Shown here piece after piece: positions 27,960 through 39,700 of a DNA stretch of 57,323 nucleotides; position 1 is the first letter of the stretch, and the number at the start of each line of letters is the position of its first letter. Both the position numbers and the translations under genes were made by a program. A model generated the notes under the pieces. That model was not told the DNA's origin and searched no databases. It saw only the letters and a list, made by a program, of their open reading frames with translations. Origin of the DNA: a virus (Duplodnaviria > Caudoviricetes); IMG/VR virus record IMGVR_UViG_3300042295_002426, positions 1 through 57,323 of that record; one strand, 5' to 3'.

Positions 27960-27960
27960 C

Positions 27961-28677
27961 ATGGACATCCGACTCCTTCTTGATAGTGCCGGTCCGCATT
28001 GCAAGCCGCTCAGATGCGATGCGGGGGCTCGCGCCTTCCTTTTCCTCAAGAGCGGTTTCGAGGATCGCACCGCCGACGGTTCCGGCGTGGTCGTCGCCAC
28101 GATCAGTTCGGTGTCGCTTCTGTGCTCGAACGCGGGCGCAGGGAAGTGGGACTATCTCTTTTCGATTGCCCCCGATGAGATCGCACCCACAAAGACCGTC
28201 GCGGCTTCCGATGTCGTCAGCGTGTGTTGTTTGGAATGCGACTCCGAGGCGCTCCTTCGGAAGATCAAGCGAGTCGAAGCCCGGGATTTCACGACCGAAT
28301 CGTTTCGCGTTTTCGGCGATGAGGAGGGGGTCGCGGCCGGGGAGTTCCGGCTTTTCCGAAAGCATACCGACGTCCTCCTGATCGCGATGGAGGTTTCGGT
28401 GGCGCGGATCAACGGAGGCGACGGATACGCCGAGCCTGGAAGACTGACCGTGAGACCGATCTCCACACCGGAGCAAGCTCTCGGTCCCTGGGCCGGAATC
28501 GGTGCTGGGGCCGTGATCGATCCTGCGACATCGACGCCGATGACGGCGCGGTTCGAGTTCGTTCCACCGCTCAAGCTGGATGGCGGGCGGGCCCTCGGCG
28601 TCAACGTTCTTCCGGAAAACGTGGGGGCCTTCTTTGGCCTGGAGGTTCACCTTCAATTCAGCCTCTCTGACGAATGA
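27961..28677 (+). CDS. Putative virion protein
   Basis: In the late operon; beta-rich C-terminal half. Confidence 0.55.
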   Translation: MDIRLLLDSAGPHCKPLRCDAGARAFLFLKSGFEDRTADGSGVVVATISSVSLLCSNAGAGKWDYLFSIAPDEIAPTKTVAASDVVSVCCLECDSEALLRKIKRVEARDFTTESFRVFGDEEGVAAGEFRLFRKHTDVLLIAMEVSVARINGGDGYAEPGRLTVRPISTPEQALGPWAGIGAGAVIDPATSTPMTARFEFVPPLKLDGGRALGVNVLPENVGAFFGLEVHLQFSLSDE

Positions 28678-29825
28678 TCCCGCTGAAAGACATCAAGCCT
28701 TTGCCTTTCATCCAAGGTTCGACCGTTGTGGTGGTCGAATCTGGGGATTCGAATCCTGACGCTCCGTCGGGCAACACGACCATCGCCAATGTGGCAGGCC
28801 TGCAATCAGCACTGGATGCGAAGGCGGCAAGCACTGATCCGCGTTTCTCCGACGCCCGAAATCCGACCGCACACAAAGCGAGCCATTCCCTCGGCAGTGC
28901 GGACCCTCTGAGTCCATCGGACATTGGCGCGGTGGCATCGAACTTCGATGCCAGCTTGAAGAGGCTCGCCCTCGCCCCTGATGCACTCGCGGGATCATCG
29001 GCACTCTCCGCGTTGAGCATTTCGCAAACGTGGAACACGACCGGCAATCCGGCCTTGGTGAGAGGCTACGTCACCAACACCACCAGCGGCGCGGGTGCGA
29101 AACTCCTCGACCTGGGGGTTGGCTCGACAACTCGACTGAACCTCGATGTGTCGGGCCATCTCTACACGAATAGCGCCGACGATTACGCCGCCTACGGGTT
29201 CCTCAATTCGGCGCGGGGGATCGGCTACAATGGGGCTTCGGAAAAAATGCTGATGTATGCGAATGCCTCCGGAGTCGTGAACGCTGGAGTCTCCGCCGAT
29301 GGGCTTTTCTTGCCCCAAACCTCCGCCCTTTCATGGTCAAGCTCTGGATGGGCTAGCGCCAGCGATCTCTTTTTATCGCGGGCTGCGGCGGCAACGCTCC
29401 AGCTTGGTGTCAACCATCCCAACATTTCGACCCGTCATACGATCAAGGGGCACAATGTGACCACTGGAACTGCTGGCGAGCTAGTGCTGAGGGCCGGAAC
29501 TGGAACGGGAGGCGCCATCGGAACCGCGGGCGTCTGGCTTGGTAACCCGGCCTCAAGTGCTTTGAAGCAATACGAATTCAACGGGGCCATCTTGGGCGGA
29601 TTCTTCAACGAGGGTCTCCGTGGTTATCTGCGTTTTTGCGGAGGAAGTGGAGGTGAGGTGACTCTCGCGAGCACTTCAAATAACGGAAATTTGGAATTCA
29701 TCCCTCACGGAACCGGGAAGGTGAAGTTCGGGACCTTCGTCGCCAGCGCCTCTCACACCGCCGCCGGTTACATCGAAATTCTCGACGCTTCGGGGACTGC
29801 CAGAAAACTTGCCGTAGTCGCATGA
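28674..29825 (+). CDS. Putative tail fibre / receptor-binding protein
   Basis: IANVAGLQSALDAK and DPRFSDARNPTAHKASH..GSADPLSPSDIGA fibre motifs; Gly/Ser/Thr-rich. Confidence 0.75.
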   Translation: MIPLKDIKPLPFIQGSTVVVVESGDSNPDAPSGNTTIANVAGLQSALDAKAASTDPRFSDARNPTAHKASHSLGSADPLSPSDIGAVASNFDASLKRLALAPDALAGSSALSALSISQTWNTTGNPALVRGYVTNTTSGAGAKLLDLGVGSTTRLNLDVSGHLYTNSADDYAAYGFLNSARGIGYNGASEKMLMYANASGVVNAGVSADGLFLPQTSALSWSSSGWASASDLFLSRAAAATLQLGVNHPNISTRHTIKGHNVTTGTAGELVLRAGTGTGGAIGTAGVWLGNPASSALKQYEFNGAILGGFFNEGLRGYLRFCGGSGGEVTLASTSNNGNLEFIPHGTGKVKFGTFVASASHTAAGYIEILDASGTARKLAVVA

Positions 29826-29828
29826 TTT

Positions 29829-30083
29829 ATGAATCTCTCAATCACGCTCAACACTGAACAAGCCGCAGCTCTCGACGATCTGCTCGCGAGCCATAACGCC
29901 GGCGTGGACGCTCCGGTTTCGGCGGAAGCCTACCTTCAGACGGTCCTGCTTGGGATCATCGACGACAAGGTCTCGCAGCGATTTGAAGCCACGGCGGCCA
30001 ATCTGGTGAACGCCTCACGACAACTTCCTTATGAGTCAAGAATCGCCCTCATCGCCCAAGTCCAAGCAGCCATCGAAGCCTGA
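29829..30083 (+). CDS. Small fibre-associated protein
   Basis: Follows the fibre gene after 3 nt. Confidence 0.6.
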   Translation: MNLSITLNTEQAAALDDLLASHNAGVDAPVSAEAYLQTVLLGIIDDKVSQRFEATAANLVNASRQLPYESRIALIAQVQAAIEA

Positions 30084-30252
30084 GCTCTCTCTGCAACAAG
30101 CGGAGGCCATCCGTGAGCTCGACGCGCTCCTGCACCCGGCCGTTCTGCCTGGCTTTCTGCAAACGGCGAGTCGCGAACAGTGGCGAAAAGTCGCCGACTA
30201 CCTCGATGCGTTGAAGGAACTCCTGCCACCGACCACCCCCACACCATCATGA
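30031..30252 (+). CDS. Small hypothetical protein
   Basis: Stop is coupled to ATG 30249, but it overlaps the previous gene. Confidence 0.4.
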   Translation: MSQESPSSPKSKQPSKPELSLQQAEAIRELDALLHPAVLPGFLQTASREQWRKVADYLDALKELLPPTTPTPS

Positions 30253-31256
30253 GCAACGGAAACCACTGCGGCTGCGGATCGACGCCGGTTCAACCAGGCA
30301 ACCAACTCATCGTGCCTCCCGGGACGCTCGTCGTTCAGCAGCCATGCGCCACCACCTCGCCGCAGTCGGTGGGTGTCGCTCCCTCTGCGTTCAACTCTGG
30401 GCAGGCCGTCAACAATCCCACCGGAGAATGCTCGCCGTTCGCCATGCCGACGGTGGCCCGCTCGTTCGTTCCCGCCAGCACCAACCAGACCGGAAACTTT
30501 TTCTCGAACTGTGCGAGCAACTGGGGGCTTCCCGGGATGCTCATCTACTTCCCAGGTCAGGGCCAGCTCGAGATCCTTGGCACCAGCCAGAACTCGATCA
30601 CCTACCGAAACCGCACCGTCGTGCCTGGTGTCGAGATCCTCGAAGGGACCCGCTTCGCGGTGGGGATTCCCATGGCTCCGATCGAGGTCGTCGATACCGG
30701 GGACGATGACGTGGCGACTCCAGTTCCAACTGAAACCATTTATGCGGATGCGTCCCAGCTCTCGAACCTTCGCGGCGTCCTCAACAACACCCCAAGCCGC
30801 ATCGTGCCGGTGAAGAACAACGTCCTCGTTGGGCGTGGCGGTGGCGAGGCCGGGTTGTATTGGGTTCGGCGCCAGCTCGGACAGATGCGCTATCCCGTCA
30901 CTCCGGTTGCACTTTACACGACGGGTTACGTGGCCGCGGCCAATCGCACGGCCGCTCCGACATTGCCCGGGAAGCCGGTCCTACCTAGCGAGGTCGATAC
31001 CTTCGGCGTTGAGCTGTTGTTCTATGTCGCCTCAAACAGAGAGGCGAACGACCCACAAAGTTGCGGCGTGACGCTGCTCGCAGGGGGGCTCGTCGTCGGC
31101 TCCGCCTATTCGAATTATCGGCTCACTCCGGACGTTGCCGGCGCGGTCATCAACCTGCCGAAAGAGGCGACGACACTCCCTCTCTCGATTGTTCACGCGC
31201 CAAACTCGTCCGGCAAGATGGACGTGAGGGTCACCCTCCTTGCTTATCACTACTGA
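30249..31256 (+). CDS. Putative virion structural protein
   Basis: Beta-rich, coupled within the late operon. Confidence 0.6.
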   Translation: MSNGNHCGCGSTPVQPGNQLIVPPGTLVVQQPCATTSPQSVGVAPSAFNSGQAVNNPTGECSPFAMPTVARSFVPASTNQTGNFFSNCASNWGLPGMLIYFPGQGQLEILGTSQNSITYRNRTVVPGVEILEGTRFAVGIPMAPIEVVDTGDDDVATPVPTETIYADASQLSNLRGVLNNTPSRIVPVKNNVLVGRGGGEAGLYWVRRQLGQMRYPVTPVALYTTGYVAAANRTAAPTLPGKPVLPSEVDTFGVELLFYVASNREANDPQSCGVTLLAGGLVVGSAYSNYRLTPDVAGAVINLPKEATTLPLSIVHAPNSSGKMDVRVTLLAYHY

Positions 31257-33055
31257 TGGATGAAGGAAAGGTCACGGATGGATTTACGACTCTGGCCGGT
31301 GGGATGCACTTGGCTGGGGAAAATCCTCATGTGACCGGGGCTGACCAGGCTGAGGTCATGGTCAACGCGACGGTGCGCGATGGATGGGCCGAGCCACGGC
31401 CCCGATTCCGCCAGCTTCAAATCCTCTGGACGCACCGGCTCGCCCAGCAATCCTTCGAGGGCGGCGTCATCCAGGGGTCGGCCCGCTACGAATCGAATCA
31501 GGGCCCGCGCATCGTCTTCGCGGCGGATGGGCGGCTCATCTCGTTCAACCCCGAGACGCGAGAGGCGCACCTCCTCACCCCGGACGGCGTGACGCGGCCG
31601 TTCTTGGCGAACCTCCCGTTCATTCACCTTCAGCAGCGCGGGAAGTGGCTCATCGCCCAAGACGGCTTGAACCCGCCGGTCATCGTCGAGGGAGAGAACG
31701 CGCGCTTCGATCGAGATCCGTTCTCCGGGATTCCCGTTGGGGCGATGATGGCGGACGGTTGGCACCGCCTGATTGTCGTCGCTCCGGATCGCGAGCGGAT
31801 CTATCTATCCGATCACGAGCTCGATCCATCGACGACTCCGCTCTCCTTCACCGACGGCGCCGAGTATTACCTCAACGCCCGATACTTCCGGGTCCCGCGC
31901 GAGTTGGGCAAAATCGTGTCGGTGGCCTTTTCGCCCTCCTTCAATTTCCAGGACGATCTCGGTCCGCTCGTCGTCTTCTGCGAGCGGGGCACGCGGACCT
32001 ACTCGATTCAGTATCCCCGCGAGGAGTGGATCCAGCGCGACATCTCTTCCACGATGCTCCCCACCATAGGGGCCTGTGCCCATGGGGCGGTGGTTTCGCG
32101 GGGGAATGACATGATCTTCTCCGATCACAACGGCCGCATCCAGACCTTCAAGGCGGCGATCTCCCGGCGCGAATCCTCGCGGATCGGACACATCGACCAG
32201 CCCGTCTATGAGCTGTATGAGCGCGAGAATGCCGCTCTCCGCCGGTGGCGACGAGCCGAGAGATTCGACGACCGTATCCTCACCACCGTCTGGCCGGAGC
32301 GAGTCCGACGCCCCGGTGGCTACTCGGTTCGCCATCGGGGTTTCGTCGTCATGGAAGAGAACTTCCTCTCCGAGCGTCCCTTCGTGTGGGCGGGTCTCTG
32401 GACGGGAGTTTACCCGGTCACCATCAACGTGGTCGGGCATCAGAAGTCCCCGAATGATTCGCCCGAGGAGCGTTGTTTTGTCGCGTCCCTCGATGACGAC
32501 GGGATCCATCGGATCTACGAACTCGATCGAGAACCGGGCCCGGATCTCGTGCCGACGCCGCGGCGCGTCCCCATGTGGGTGATCCCGCGTTGGATGGACT
32601 GGAAGAGCGTCTTCGATCAGAAGCGATACCTCAGCGCCTCCGTTCAGCTCGGGGCGATTCGTGGCCGGGTCACGGTCAGGGGATGGTGGCAAACCTCCGA
32701 CCGTCGGGCGCAACGGTGGTTCACTCACGAGGACGCAGGCCCGAAAGGTTTCCAGCTCTGCCCTGGGATCAAGCCGCTCTTCGCTCCCGGCCGCCCGCGC
32801 CTGAACCTGCCCGCTCTCCCGACGAAGGACGCCTTCTACCGAGCTCGTCCCATCCTCCAGGTCATCGGGCAAACCTCCCTTCGCGAGCTCGCCGTCCATG
32901 CGGAGATGACGACCGCATCCCGCACCAATGACACCAAATGCGAACCCCCGGTCGAGGTCGTGACCACCGAGGACTGTGGTCTCAATTTCTGGCGTCACGA
33001 AGGGGACGATCCGGTGATGCCACCCGTGCGAATCTGCCACCCCGACCATCCATGA
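31256..33055 (+). CDS. Putative podoviral tail nozzle (beta-propeller)
   Basis: About 600 aa, DGFTTLAGGM..NATVRDG...PRP start, propeller-like strand pattern, gene position. Confidence 0.65.
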   Translation: MDEGKVTDGFTTLAGGMHLAGENPHVTGADQAEVMVNATVRDGWAEPRPRFRQLQILWTHRLAQQSFEGGVIQGSARYESNQGPRIVFAADGRLISFNPETREAHLLTPDGVTRPFLANLPFIHLQQRGKWLIAQDGLNPPVIVEGENARFDRDPFSGIPVGAMMADGWHRLIVVAPDRERIYLSDHELDPSTTPLSFTDGAEYYLNARYFRVPRELGKIVSVAFSPSFNFQDDLGPLVVFCERGTRTYSIQYPREEWIQRDISSTMLPTIGACAHGAVVSRGNDMIFSDHNGRIQTFKAAISRRESSRIGHIDQPVYELYERENAALRRWRRAERFDDRILTTVWPERVRRPGGYSVRHRGFVVMEENFLSERPFVWAGLWTGVYPVTINVVGHQKSPNDSPEERCFVASLDDDGIHRIYELDREPGPDLVPTPRRVPMWVIPRWMDWKSVFDQKRYLSASVQLGAIRGRVTVRGWWQTSDRRAQRWFTHEDAGPKGFQLCPGIKPLFAPGRPRLNLPALPTKDAFYRARPILQVIGQTSLRELAVHAEMTTASRTNDTKCEPPVEVVTTEDCGLNFWRHEGDDPVMPPVRICHPDHP

Positions 33056-33588
33056 GCCATCCTCTCATATCCGGCTTCAAAGCGCCTCCGCCGATCCAGG
33101 CGCGCCTCACGTTGAATTCCCTCCCTGGGGGAGGGTGCTTCGAGTCTGTGGGCGATCTGCAAAAGTGGCTGGAATCCGCGACGATCGAGTTCGTCATGCA
33201 GACCGGCTCGGTGGTCTTCGGCACCGCCGGCACGATCAACGCCGCGACCGTCACGGACCGCGACAAGGTCCGGCTCATGTTTGACGACGATGGCCGGTGT
33301 TTCGGCTTCGCCATCTACTCGACCCAGGCAAAGGCATGGGTGCGCTGCGGCACTCCCGGCGAGCTGCTAACGATCTTCCGCACCGAAGCCACTGTCGATC
33401 GCGACATGGAAACGAAGCTCCTCAAAAACGGCTGGCTCCTCTGCGACGGCAGCCTGACCGGAGCGCCCAATCTCGTGGGCTCGAAACCAGCAGAAAACGC
33501 GGGAGATCCGCCAGTCTACGTGAACAACGAATTCTTCCAGAAGGACGAGGGCGAATGGACGGTCTACACCGTCATCAAGGTTGCCTGA
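33052..33588 (+). CDS. Putative tail protein
   Basis: NGWLLCDG..PNL tail-collar-like motif. Confidence 0.55.
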   Translation: MSHPLISGFKAPPPIQARLTLNSLPGGGCFESVGDLQKWLESATIEFVMQTGSVVFGTAGTINAATVTDRDKVRLMFDDDGRCFGFAIYSTQAKAWVRCGTPGELLTIFRTEATVDRDMETKLLKNGWLLCDGSLTGAPNLVGSKPAENAGDPPVYVNNEFFQKDEGEWTVYTVIKVA

Positions 33589-33603
33589 CAGAGCTACGCG
33601 CGA

Positions 33604-34725
33604 ATGATCTTCCGAGCCTCAGATGCCCTTGCCGAGATCGCTCCCTTCGTGGATGGCGGCGGCGTGGATGTGCGATGCGAGCCCGGCCGGTCTCAGGCTT
33701 TTGCCGTGCTGAACCGGGCCATTCGCCAACTCATGAACGAGGGCGACTGGCACGGCATGACCGCGACGATCTGCATGCCCGTGCGGAGCAGAGGAGTCCT
33801 CGTGCTCGATGAACGGTTTGAGACGATTCGCCTCGCGAAGTGGAAGTCCGGCAGCCCGATCCCGATCTACACCGAAGGATTCAAGTTTCTGGAGGGCGGC
33901 CTCGATCCAGAGGCGTCGGACATTCCTTCTCTTGTCGATCTTGGTGAATCGATTCCGCTGCACCGACAACTTCCCCGCGCGATGGCGATCCTGGCCTACT
34001 CCGAGCAGATCGAGCGGGACGGGATCGTCCTCGAGATCCGGGGCACGGATGAGAGCGGGCGCGAGGCCCTCTCCGCTCTCCCGATTCGGCATTCGTGGAA
34101 GAGCGCCCAGCCTCCGGCATACACCGGGGCAGACTGCGAGCGATGGCTCAGTGGTCGATGGGCGGCGGTGACCGAGTTGCGGAAGCCGGTCACGCAAGGG
34201 CTCGTCTACGTCTTCGGGTTCGACCCTTCGACTGGAGAGTCGGTTTGGTTGACCACCCTGCGACCGGAGACCCTTTCCCCGCAGCATCGCTGCTACGCCG
34301 TGCCGGGGTCGAAGACTGGAAACGGTCACCAAGTCCTCGCGAAGGTCGTGCTGCGTTGGCACCCGATGCACTTTGAGAGCGACGTCCTCCCAGTCCAGAA
34401 CATCGACGCCATCGCTCGGATGGTGCAGGCGCTTCACGCGCTCGATACCGGCGACGCGGCCCGTTACCAGTTCTTCACGAACAGCGCGATGAGCCAGCTC
34501 AACAAGCAGCTCTCCCGGCGCGAGCGTCCTGCCAAGACCGGTCTCCAGGTGAGCATGGTCCGCAGTCCCGCCCGGCTCGGCCGCGGTGGGCGTGGGGGGT
34601 TCTTTTCTCACTGCTCTTCCCCGGCGAGCCCCTCGACGCTTGAGGAAGAGGAAACCGAAACCACAATCCTCTCGGCGTGCCATCAGACACCCGAGGACGA
34701 ACCACCCCAGGGCGTCACTCTCTGA
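33604..34725 (+). CDS. Putative head-tail adaptor
   Basis: LNRAIRQLM N-terminal helix and helical C-terminus; position in the tail cluster. Confidence 0.55.
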   Translation: MIFRASDALAEIAPFVDGGGVDVRCEPGRSQAFAVLNRAIRQLMNEGDWHGMTATICMPVRSRGVLVLDERFETIRLAKWKSGSPIPIYTEGFKFLEGGLDPEASDIPSLVDLGESIPLHRQLPRAMAILAYSEQIERDGIVLEIRGTDESGREALSALPIRHSWKSAQPPAYTGADCERWLSGRWAAVTELRKPVTQGLVYVFGFDPSTGESVWLTTLRPETLSPQHRCYAVPGSKTGNGHQVLAKVVLRWHPMHFESDVLPVQNIDAIARMVQALHALDTGDAARYQFFTNSAMSQLNKQLSRRERPAKTGLQVSMVRSPARLGRGGRGGFFSHCSSPASPSTLEEEETETTILSACHQTPEDEPPQGVTL

Positions 34726-34730
34726 AGATC

Positions 34731-35609
34731 ATGTCAGCACTCGGACTACTCGGAAGCATCGGCGGTGGGCTCCTCAATTTCGGGGCGGCAAAAGGTCTTG
34801 CCGATGACATCAGCAAGGCCCTCGACGTGCAGGGGCAGGCATGGGGCCTCGGCTACAACCTCCGCGACGTCTACGGCAAAAAGCCGGTGCTGCCGAAGTG
34901 GAAGTTCAACTATGGCGATCTCCAAAAGATGATGGCCGAGATGGGGACGCGAGCGGGAACCGTGGGTGTCGAGAATGCGGCCAAAGTAGCCGAGGGTTCA
35001 AACAAGGCCGCGGTCGAGCAACTTGAGGCCGCGATGCGCGAGATGTTCGGGGGACGCGGTTCCTTCGAACGCCAGCGTGATCTTGCAAGCCGCAACACGG
35101 AGGACATGCTCGCGGGAAAGCTGAGTCGCTCGGCCGAAAACCAACTCGCGCGCCGAGCCGTTTCCTCGGGTGCTGTGGGGCTTGGCGAGGGTGCTGTGAG
35201 CGACGCCTATGCCGGTTATCTCGGGCTCTCCCGGGAGGAAATCGTCACGCGCGGCAACCAGCAATACCAGAGCCTCTATCAGGGCTACCGCCAGGCGCTT
35301 CCGTTCGTCTCGGCTGCGGAGATGATGCCCTACACGACCCTTCAGATGGGACAGGCCGTGGGTGCCCGGATGATGCTGGAGGAGAACAAGTATCGCGCGA
35401 ACTACAACCGTGCGCTGGTGAAGGCGGCTCCAGACCCGATGGCGCAGGGTCACGTCTTTGCCGAAATGCAGCGCGACATGGCGGTCGCGGGAGCCAACTA
35501 CCAAGCCAACAGCCAACTCGGAGGAATGTTCTCCTCGGCGCTGAACGGCCTCGGCGGCCTCATGGGTGGCCAATCGGCGATGAGCTTCAACCCCACAGGA
35601 ATGTTCTGA
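34731..35609 (+). CDS. Putative ejection (internal virion) protein
   Basis: Gly/Ala/Gln/Met-rich helical protein with Gly-rich ends; first of three increasingly large genes. Confidence 0.65.
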   Translation: MSALGLLGSIGGGLLNFGAAKGLADDISKALDVQGQAWGLGYNLRDVYGKKPVLPKWKFNYGDLQKMMAEMGTRAGTVGVENAAKVAEGSNKAAVEQLEAAMREMFGGRGSFERQRDLASRNTEDMLAGKLSRSAENQLARRAVSSGAVGLGEGAVSDAYAGYLGLSREEIVTRGNQQYQSLYQGYRQALPFVSAAEMMPYTTLQMGQAVGARMMLEENKYRANYNRALVKAAPDPMAQGHVFAEMQRDMAVAGANYQANSQLGGMFSSALNGLGGLMGGQSAMSFNPTGMF

Positions 35610-35610
35610 C

Positions 35611-36777
35611 ATGGCCCTTCCCGACATCGCAGGATACCTCGCCTCAACCCGACAGCCGATTGATTTCGTCGGTCCGGCGATCCAGGCGTTTCAGTCCATC
35701 TCTTCGGAGATGCGGGCAACGCGAGCCCAGAACCTCGCCGAAGAGGAGAGTGCCCGGGATCTCGGCAAGGGGATCAAAGAGGGGATGCAGAAGGATCGGA
35801 TGTTCCAAGAGGAACTGATCGACATGTCGCAGGAGCGGATGATCCGCGATCAAGACCAGCAGATGAAGATGATGCGCTTCGGCATGGACATGCGCGAGAA
35901 GGAGTTCAGGCATCAGAACCTTCTCCCGCTCGAGGTCCAGAGTCGCCAGCTCGGAATCGCTCGCGATCAGCAGATGTTCGAAGCCAAGGCGATGGAGATG
36001 CAGACCGAGCAGTATCTCCGGACCGTGGGTGTCGAGAATCTCGGCCGCGCCGGAGCCCTCATTGGGGGGAGCCTTCCTGTTCCCGAAGAGGCGATCGATG
36101 TGGCTGCCGGCGAAACCGCGGAGTCTCCCCAGGCGCGAATTCGCGCGGCGGCCAACCAGCTCGGATTGCTGGAGCCGCTGATCAAATCGAGCGGGGACAA
36201 GGGCCTGGCCGCCCAACACCAGAACCTTCAGCGAGTCCTCCAATCCGACCCCATGTATCGCTCCTTGGCGGCGAGCGACGGCCTGCTCTTGCCCGCAGAG
36301 AAGGCGGAACGCAGTAACCGCCGGATCGAACTGTTCCAGTCGATGTTGCCCTTTGATGATGAGGCCAGCGCCGGATTCATCGAGCGGAATTTCAAATCAG
36401 TCCTGACGATGAAAAACGGGACGGACAAGGAGTTTGATGCGATCTCCCGCCGATTGCTGGACCGCGCCGATACGGAGTACCGCGACTCCCAGCAAAATCC
36501 AACGACATCGCCACGCGGCGATTATGTGGGGGATCGAAACCGGTATGATGAGATCGCCAAGGCCAGGGCCGATGTTGCCGCTGCTCAAGCCGTGGTCGGG
36601 CAGAAAGAAGCAGGCGGCTCCACGTTGGGGATGGATGCCGCAATGGGTGCGCTTCGCTCCGCCGAAGCGAGGCTGAATTCCCTCGAGCAATCTTACGGAG
36701 GCTTAATCCCTAACCTTCCTGTGGCACCAGTCGCACCGGGACCAACAGGCTCAAACCCAGCGGATTTTTATCGGTGA
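35611..36777 (+). CDS. Putative ejection protein
   Basis: Helical, Gln/Met-rich; precedes the giant gene. Confidence 0.6.
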   Translation: MALPDIAGYLASTRQPIDFVGPAIQAFQSISSEMRATRAQNLAEEESARDLGKGIKEGMQKDRMFQEELIDMSQERMIRDQDQQMKMMRFGMDMREKEFRHQNLLPLEVQSRQLGIARDQQMFEAKAMEMQTEQYLRTVGVENLGRAGALIGGSLPVPEEAIDVAAGETAESPQARIRAAANQLGLLEPLIKSSGDKGLAAQHQNLQRVLQSDPMYRSLAASDGLLLPAEKAERSNRRIELFQSMLPFDDEASAGFIERNFKSVLTMKNGTDKEFDAISRRLLDRADTEYRDSQQNPTTSPRGDYVGDRNRYDEIAKARADVAAAQAVVGQKEAGGSTLGMDAAMGALRSAEARLNSLEQSYGGLIPNLPVAPVAPGPTGSNPADFYR

Positions 36778-36784
36778 GCTGACG

Positions 36785-39700
36785 ATGGGCAACTTCTTCG
36801 AAGATTTCATTTTCTCCGCCAAGAACGGGCACATTTACCTCGGCGACTATGGGGAATGGACGCCCGAGGAAATCATCGATGGTTCTTGGCTGAAGCAGTT
36901 TCGGCCTTCTCCGAAACCCTCGGTGGCGCCCGCCCCAAAAGCAAAGCCGGGCGACACCGAATCGGCCAAAGGGGCGCAACCCAGCCCATCGACCCCGGCC
37001 CCGGAAGCGCCGCCGCCGGATCCCAGCCCGGAGCCTGCGGTAGCCACCCCAGCACCGATGCCCACTCTCGATGCGGTGATCGACCACGGCCAGAAAGCGG
37101 GCAAGTCTCCCGAGGAAATCGCGGAAGCCGCCAAGAAGTGGCGCGACAAGGCGAGGACCTGGGGCGAGGAAAACTTTCGCGAAACGGATCCAAACAAGTG
37201 GTTCGCCGGGAACCGCAAACTCGACGCGCGGATCCGCGACGAACTGGCCGCGATCCAAGGCCGCGAGGCTACCGAGCGCATCGCCACCGAGATCCGCGAC
37301 CCGGGCGATCGCCAACGCTTTGCCGAGCAGTATTCCCAGAGCAACGGCGATCTGAATGCCTTTGAAGAAGGGAGCCCGGCTCGATCTCTGGCCGAGATCC
37401 TCAACCAGGAGGTCTTTCAGTCGCCCAAGTTCACGCTGCGAGGCGGCGGATCGGGTCCCATGCCGTTCTCGACCGAGGCCGGTGTGCCACTCGGCGACTT
37501 CGAAACCCAAATCCGCCCCGAAGGTGATCTGGACGTCGTCATCCGCGTCGATGACGAGGAGAAGGGCAGCGTCAGGAAGGCGATCACGATTCCCGAGATC
37601 ACGGACGAAGACATCGAGGCGGCCCGGAGGAAGGCGGAGGAGGAGGCGACGCAGCTTCGCCAAATCGAGAGAACGACGAACCAAGGACTCAGAGACGACC
37701 TCGCGGATGAGCCGGTTCAGCGGGGGTATGACGTTGGCTACCAGGGAAATCTAAAACTCCGAAAGGAGAAGGCCGAAAGAGCAGCCGAGACCGCCCGACT
37801 CAAAGCCGGACAATCCGAGTCCCGCGCCAACGTGCTTGCCGATCCCGGTCGCGGGCGACTTCTCCTTCTCCGCGAGCAAGTCGAGGAACAGATCAAAGCC
37901 GACAAAGATCTCAAGAAGGTGGTGGGTGATGTCGCCCTCGGCGAGGACTTCTGGCGGGGCGTGCAGCAGACCCATCTCGGGGCGCGCATGGCGGTCGCCG
38001 ACGCCACCGGCAACGAAGAGGAGAAGACGAAAGTCCGCGAACTGATCGGCGATCTCAGCCAGATCTATCCCGGCTCGACGAACCTCCAGTTCCGGGGCGG
38101 GGCCGGTGCGTTCGCCAGCGACGCTTCGATGGTGCTCGGAGGGATGCTGCCGACGATGATGGTTTCGCTGGGGACCGGGGGAGCGGCGGCGGTGTCTGGG
38201 GCAGCCGTTGGCGGCCTCACTCGAACCGCGGCCCTTTCGCCTATCGGTTTGAGTGCCTACGGCAACGCCTACGCCACGATGCTGAACGAAGCCGACGCCC
38301 TCGACGAGATAGGGCGGCGCGAGGAGGCCGCGCAACGTCGCAAGGACGCCCGCGTCTACGCATTGGCCCAGGCAGGGGTGGAAGTCGGCACCGAACTGAT
38401 CTTCAAGGAGGAAATGTTCCGAGTCGGAGGCAAAGGGTTCTTCTCGAAAGTGGGTGCCGGAGCCGCGCAGAACACCGTCGAGGAACTCCTCGCGGCGACA
38501 GGCAATGCCGAGCTCGACCGTGAGTTCCGCGATGAGTTGCCGAAAGAGGGTCAGATCGCCAGGGAAACCCTCTTGGGGACCGTGGTGGGCGGGCTGATGC
38601 AAGTGCCCGGAGGGGCGGTGGAAGTGTTTCTCCCGAAACCCCAGCCGGGCACTCCCGCAGGAAACGCGACACCGCCACCCGGGACGTCTCCCGGCGCAAC
38701 ACCCCCGCCTTCCTCCGCGCCACCTCCCGGGGCGACGCCTCCCCCCAGCAGTCCTCCACCTGGAACTGCGCCGCCACCGCCCGCTACGTCATCTCCGCCT
38801 TCGTCTGCGCCCCCGCCCGACACAACCCCGTCTGCCCCGCCACCGGGGACGCAGTTGACGGTGCCGGGCGACGCTGCGCTCTACCAGATCGGTGGCCGTT
38901 CGTTTGCGTGGACGCGCTGGGGATGGTTCGACCGAGACGCCAACAAACTCATCGATCCTCTGGCAGAACTTGGATTGGTCGTGCAACTGGACGAGGCACG
39001 CCGACGCCTCAACTCGGGAGAGCAACCCGTCAGCCCTGAGGTCACCCTCAACCCAGGCGAGACGCCCCGGATTCTCAGCATCGACGGCAACCGGTTTTTC
39101 ATGATCGACCCGGCGGGGAGAGGGTGGCTCGAAGTCTTCCCAGCGACCGGCAAGCCGTCGCAGTTGGTCAACTTCGCCCTCGAAGGCTCCAGCGGCGTCG
39201 AGACGCTCCGCCGTCTCCAGGCGAAGGTGGCGGAGCTGAGAGGAGAGACACCCGCTGATCCAAACGAAACTCCGGACCCGCCGGTCGAGCCCACTCCGCC
39301 GGTCGAGACGCCATCCAACGAAAGCGACCCAGCCCCAGAAATTCCCGAACGCCCAGCCGATGGCACGGTTTCCAGCGGCAAACCCAACGGGGCAAAGGCG
39401 CGGTTTCGGTGGAGGATCGTTTCCCGTTCCGACATCGAGGCGATGGTGGTTCGTGACATCGAGGAGGCTCAGACTCGCCAGCGGAAAGGCAACGTCGCCA
39501 GCGATGAGCAGCGCGAGCGCATGGCTACCGGTCTCGACCCTGATCTGGTTATGGAGTCTCCCGTCTCAAGCATGGGGGCTCCGGCGGTTTTCGAGGGGAA
39601 GGTTCTCGCTGGGAACGGCCGAGCTGATGGGATCTCAGAAGCCTATCGGCGGGGACTCGCCGCCGATTACGAAGCGAGGATCCGAGCATTCGCCACCGAG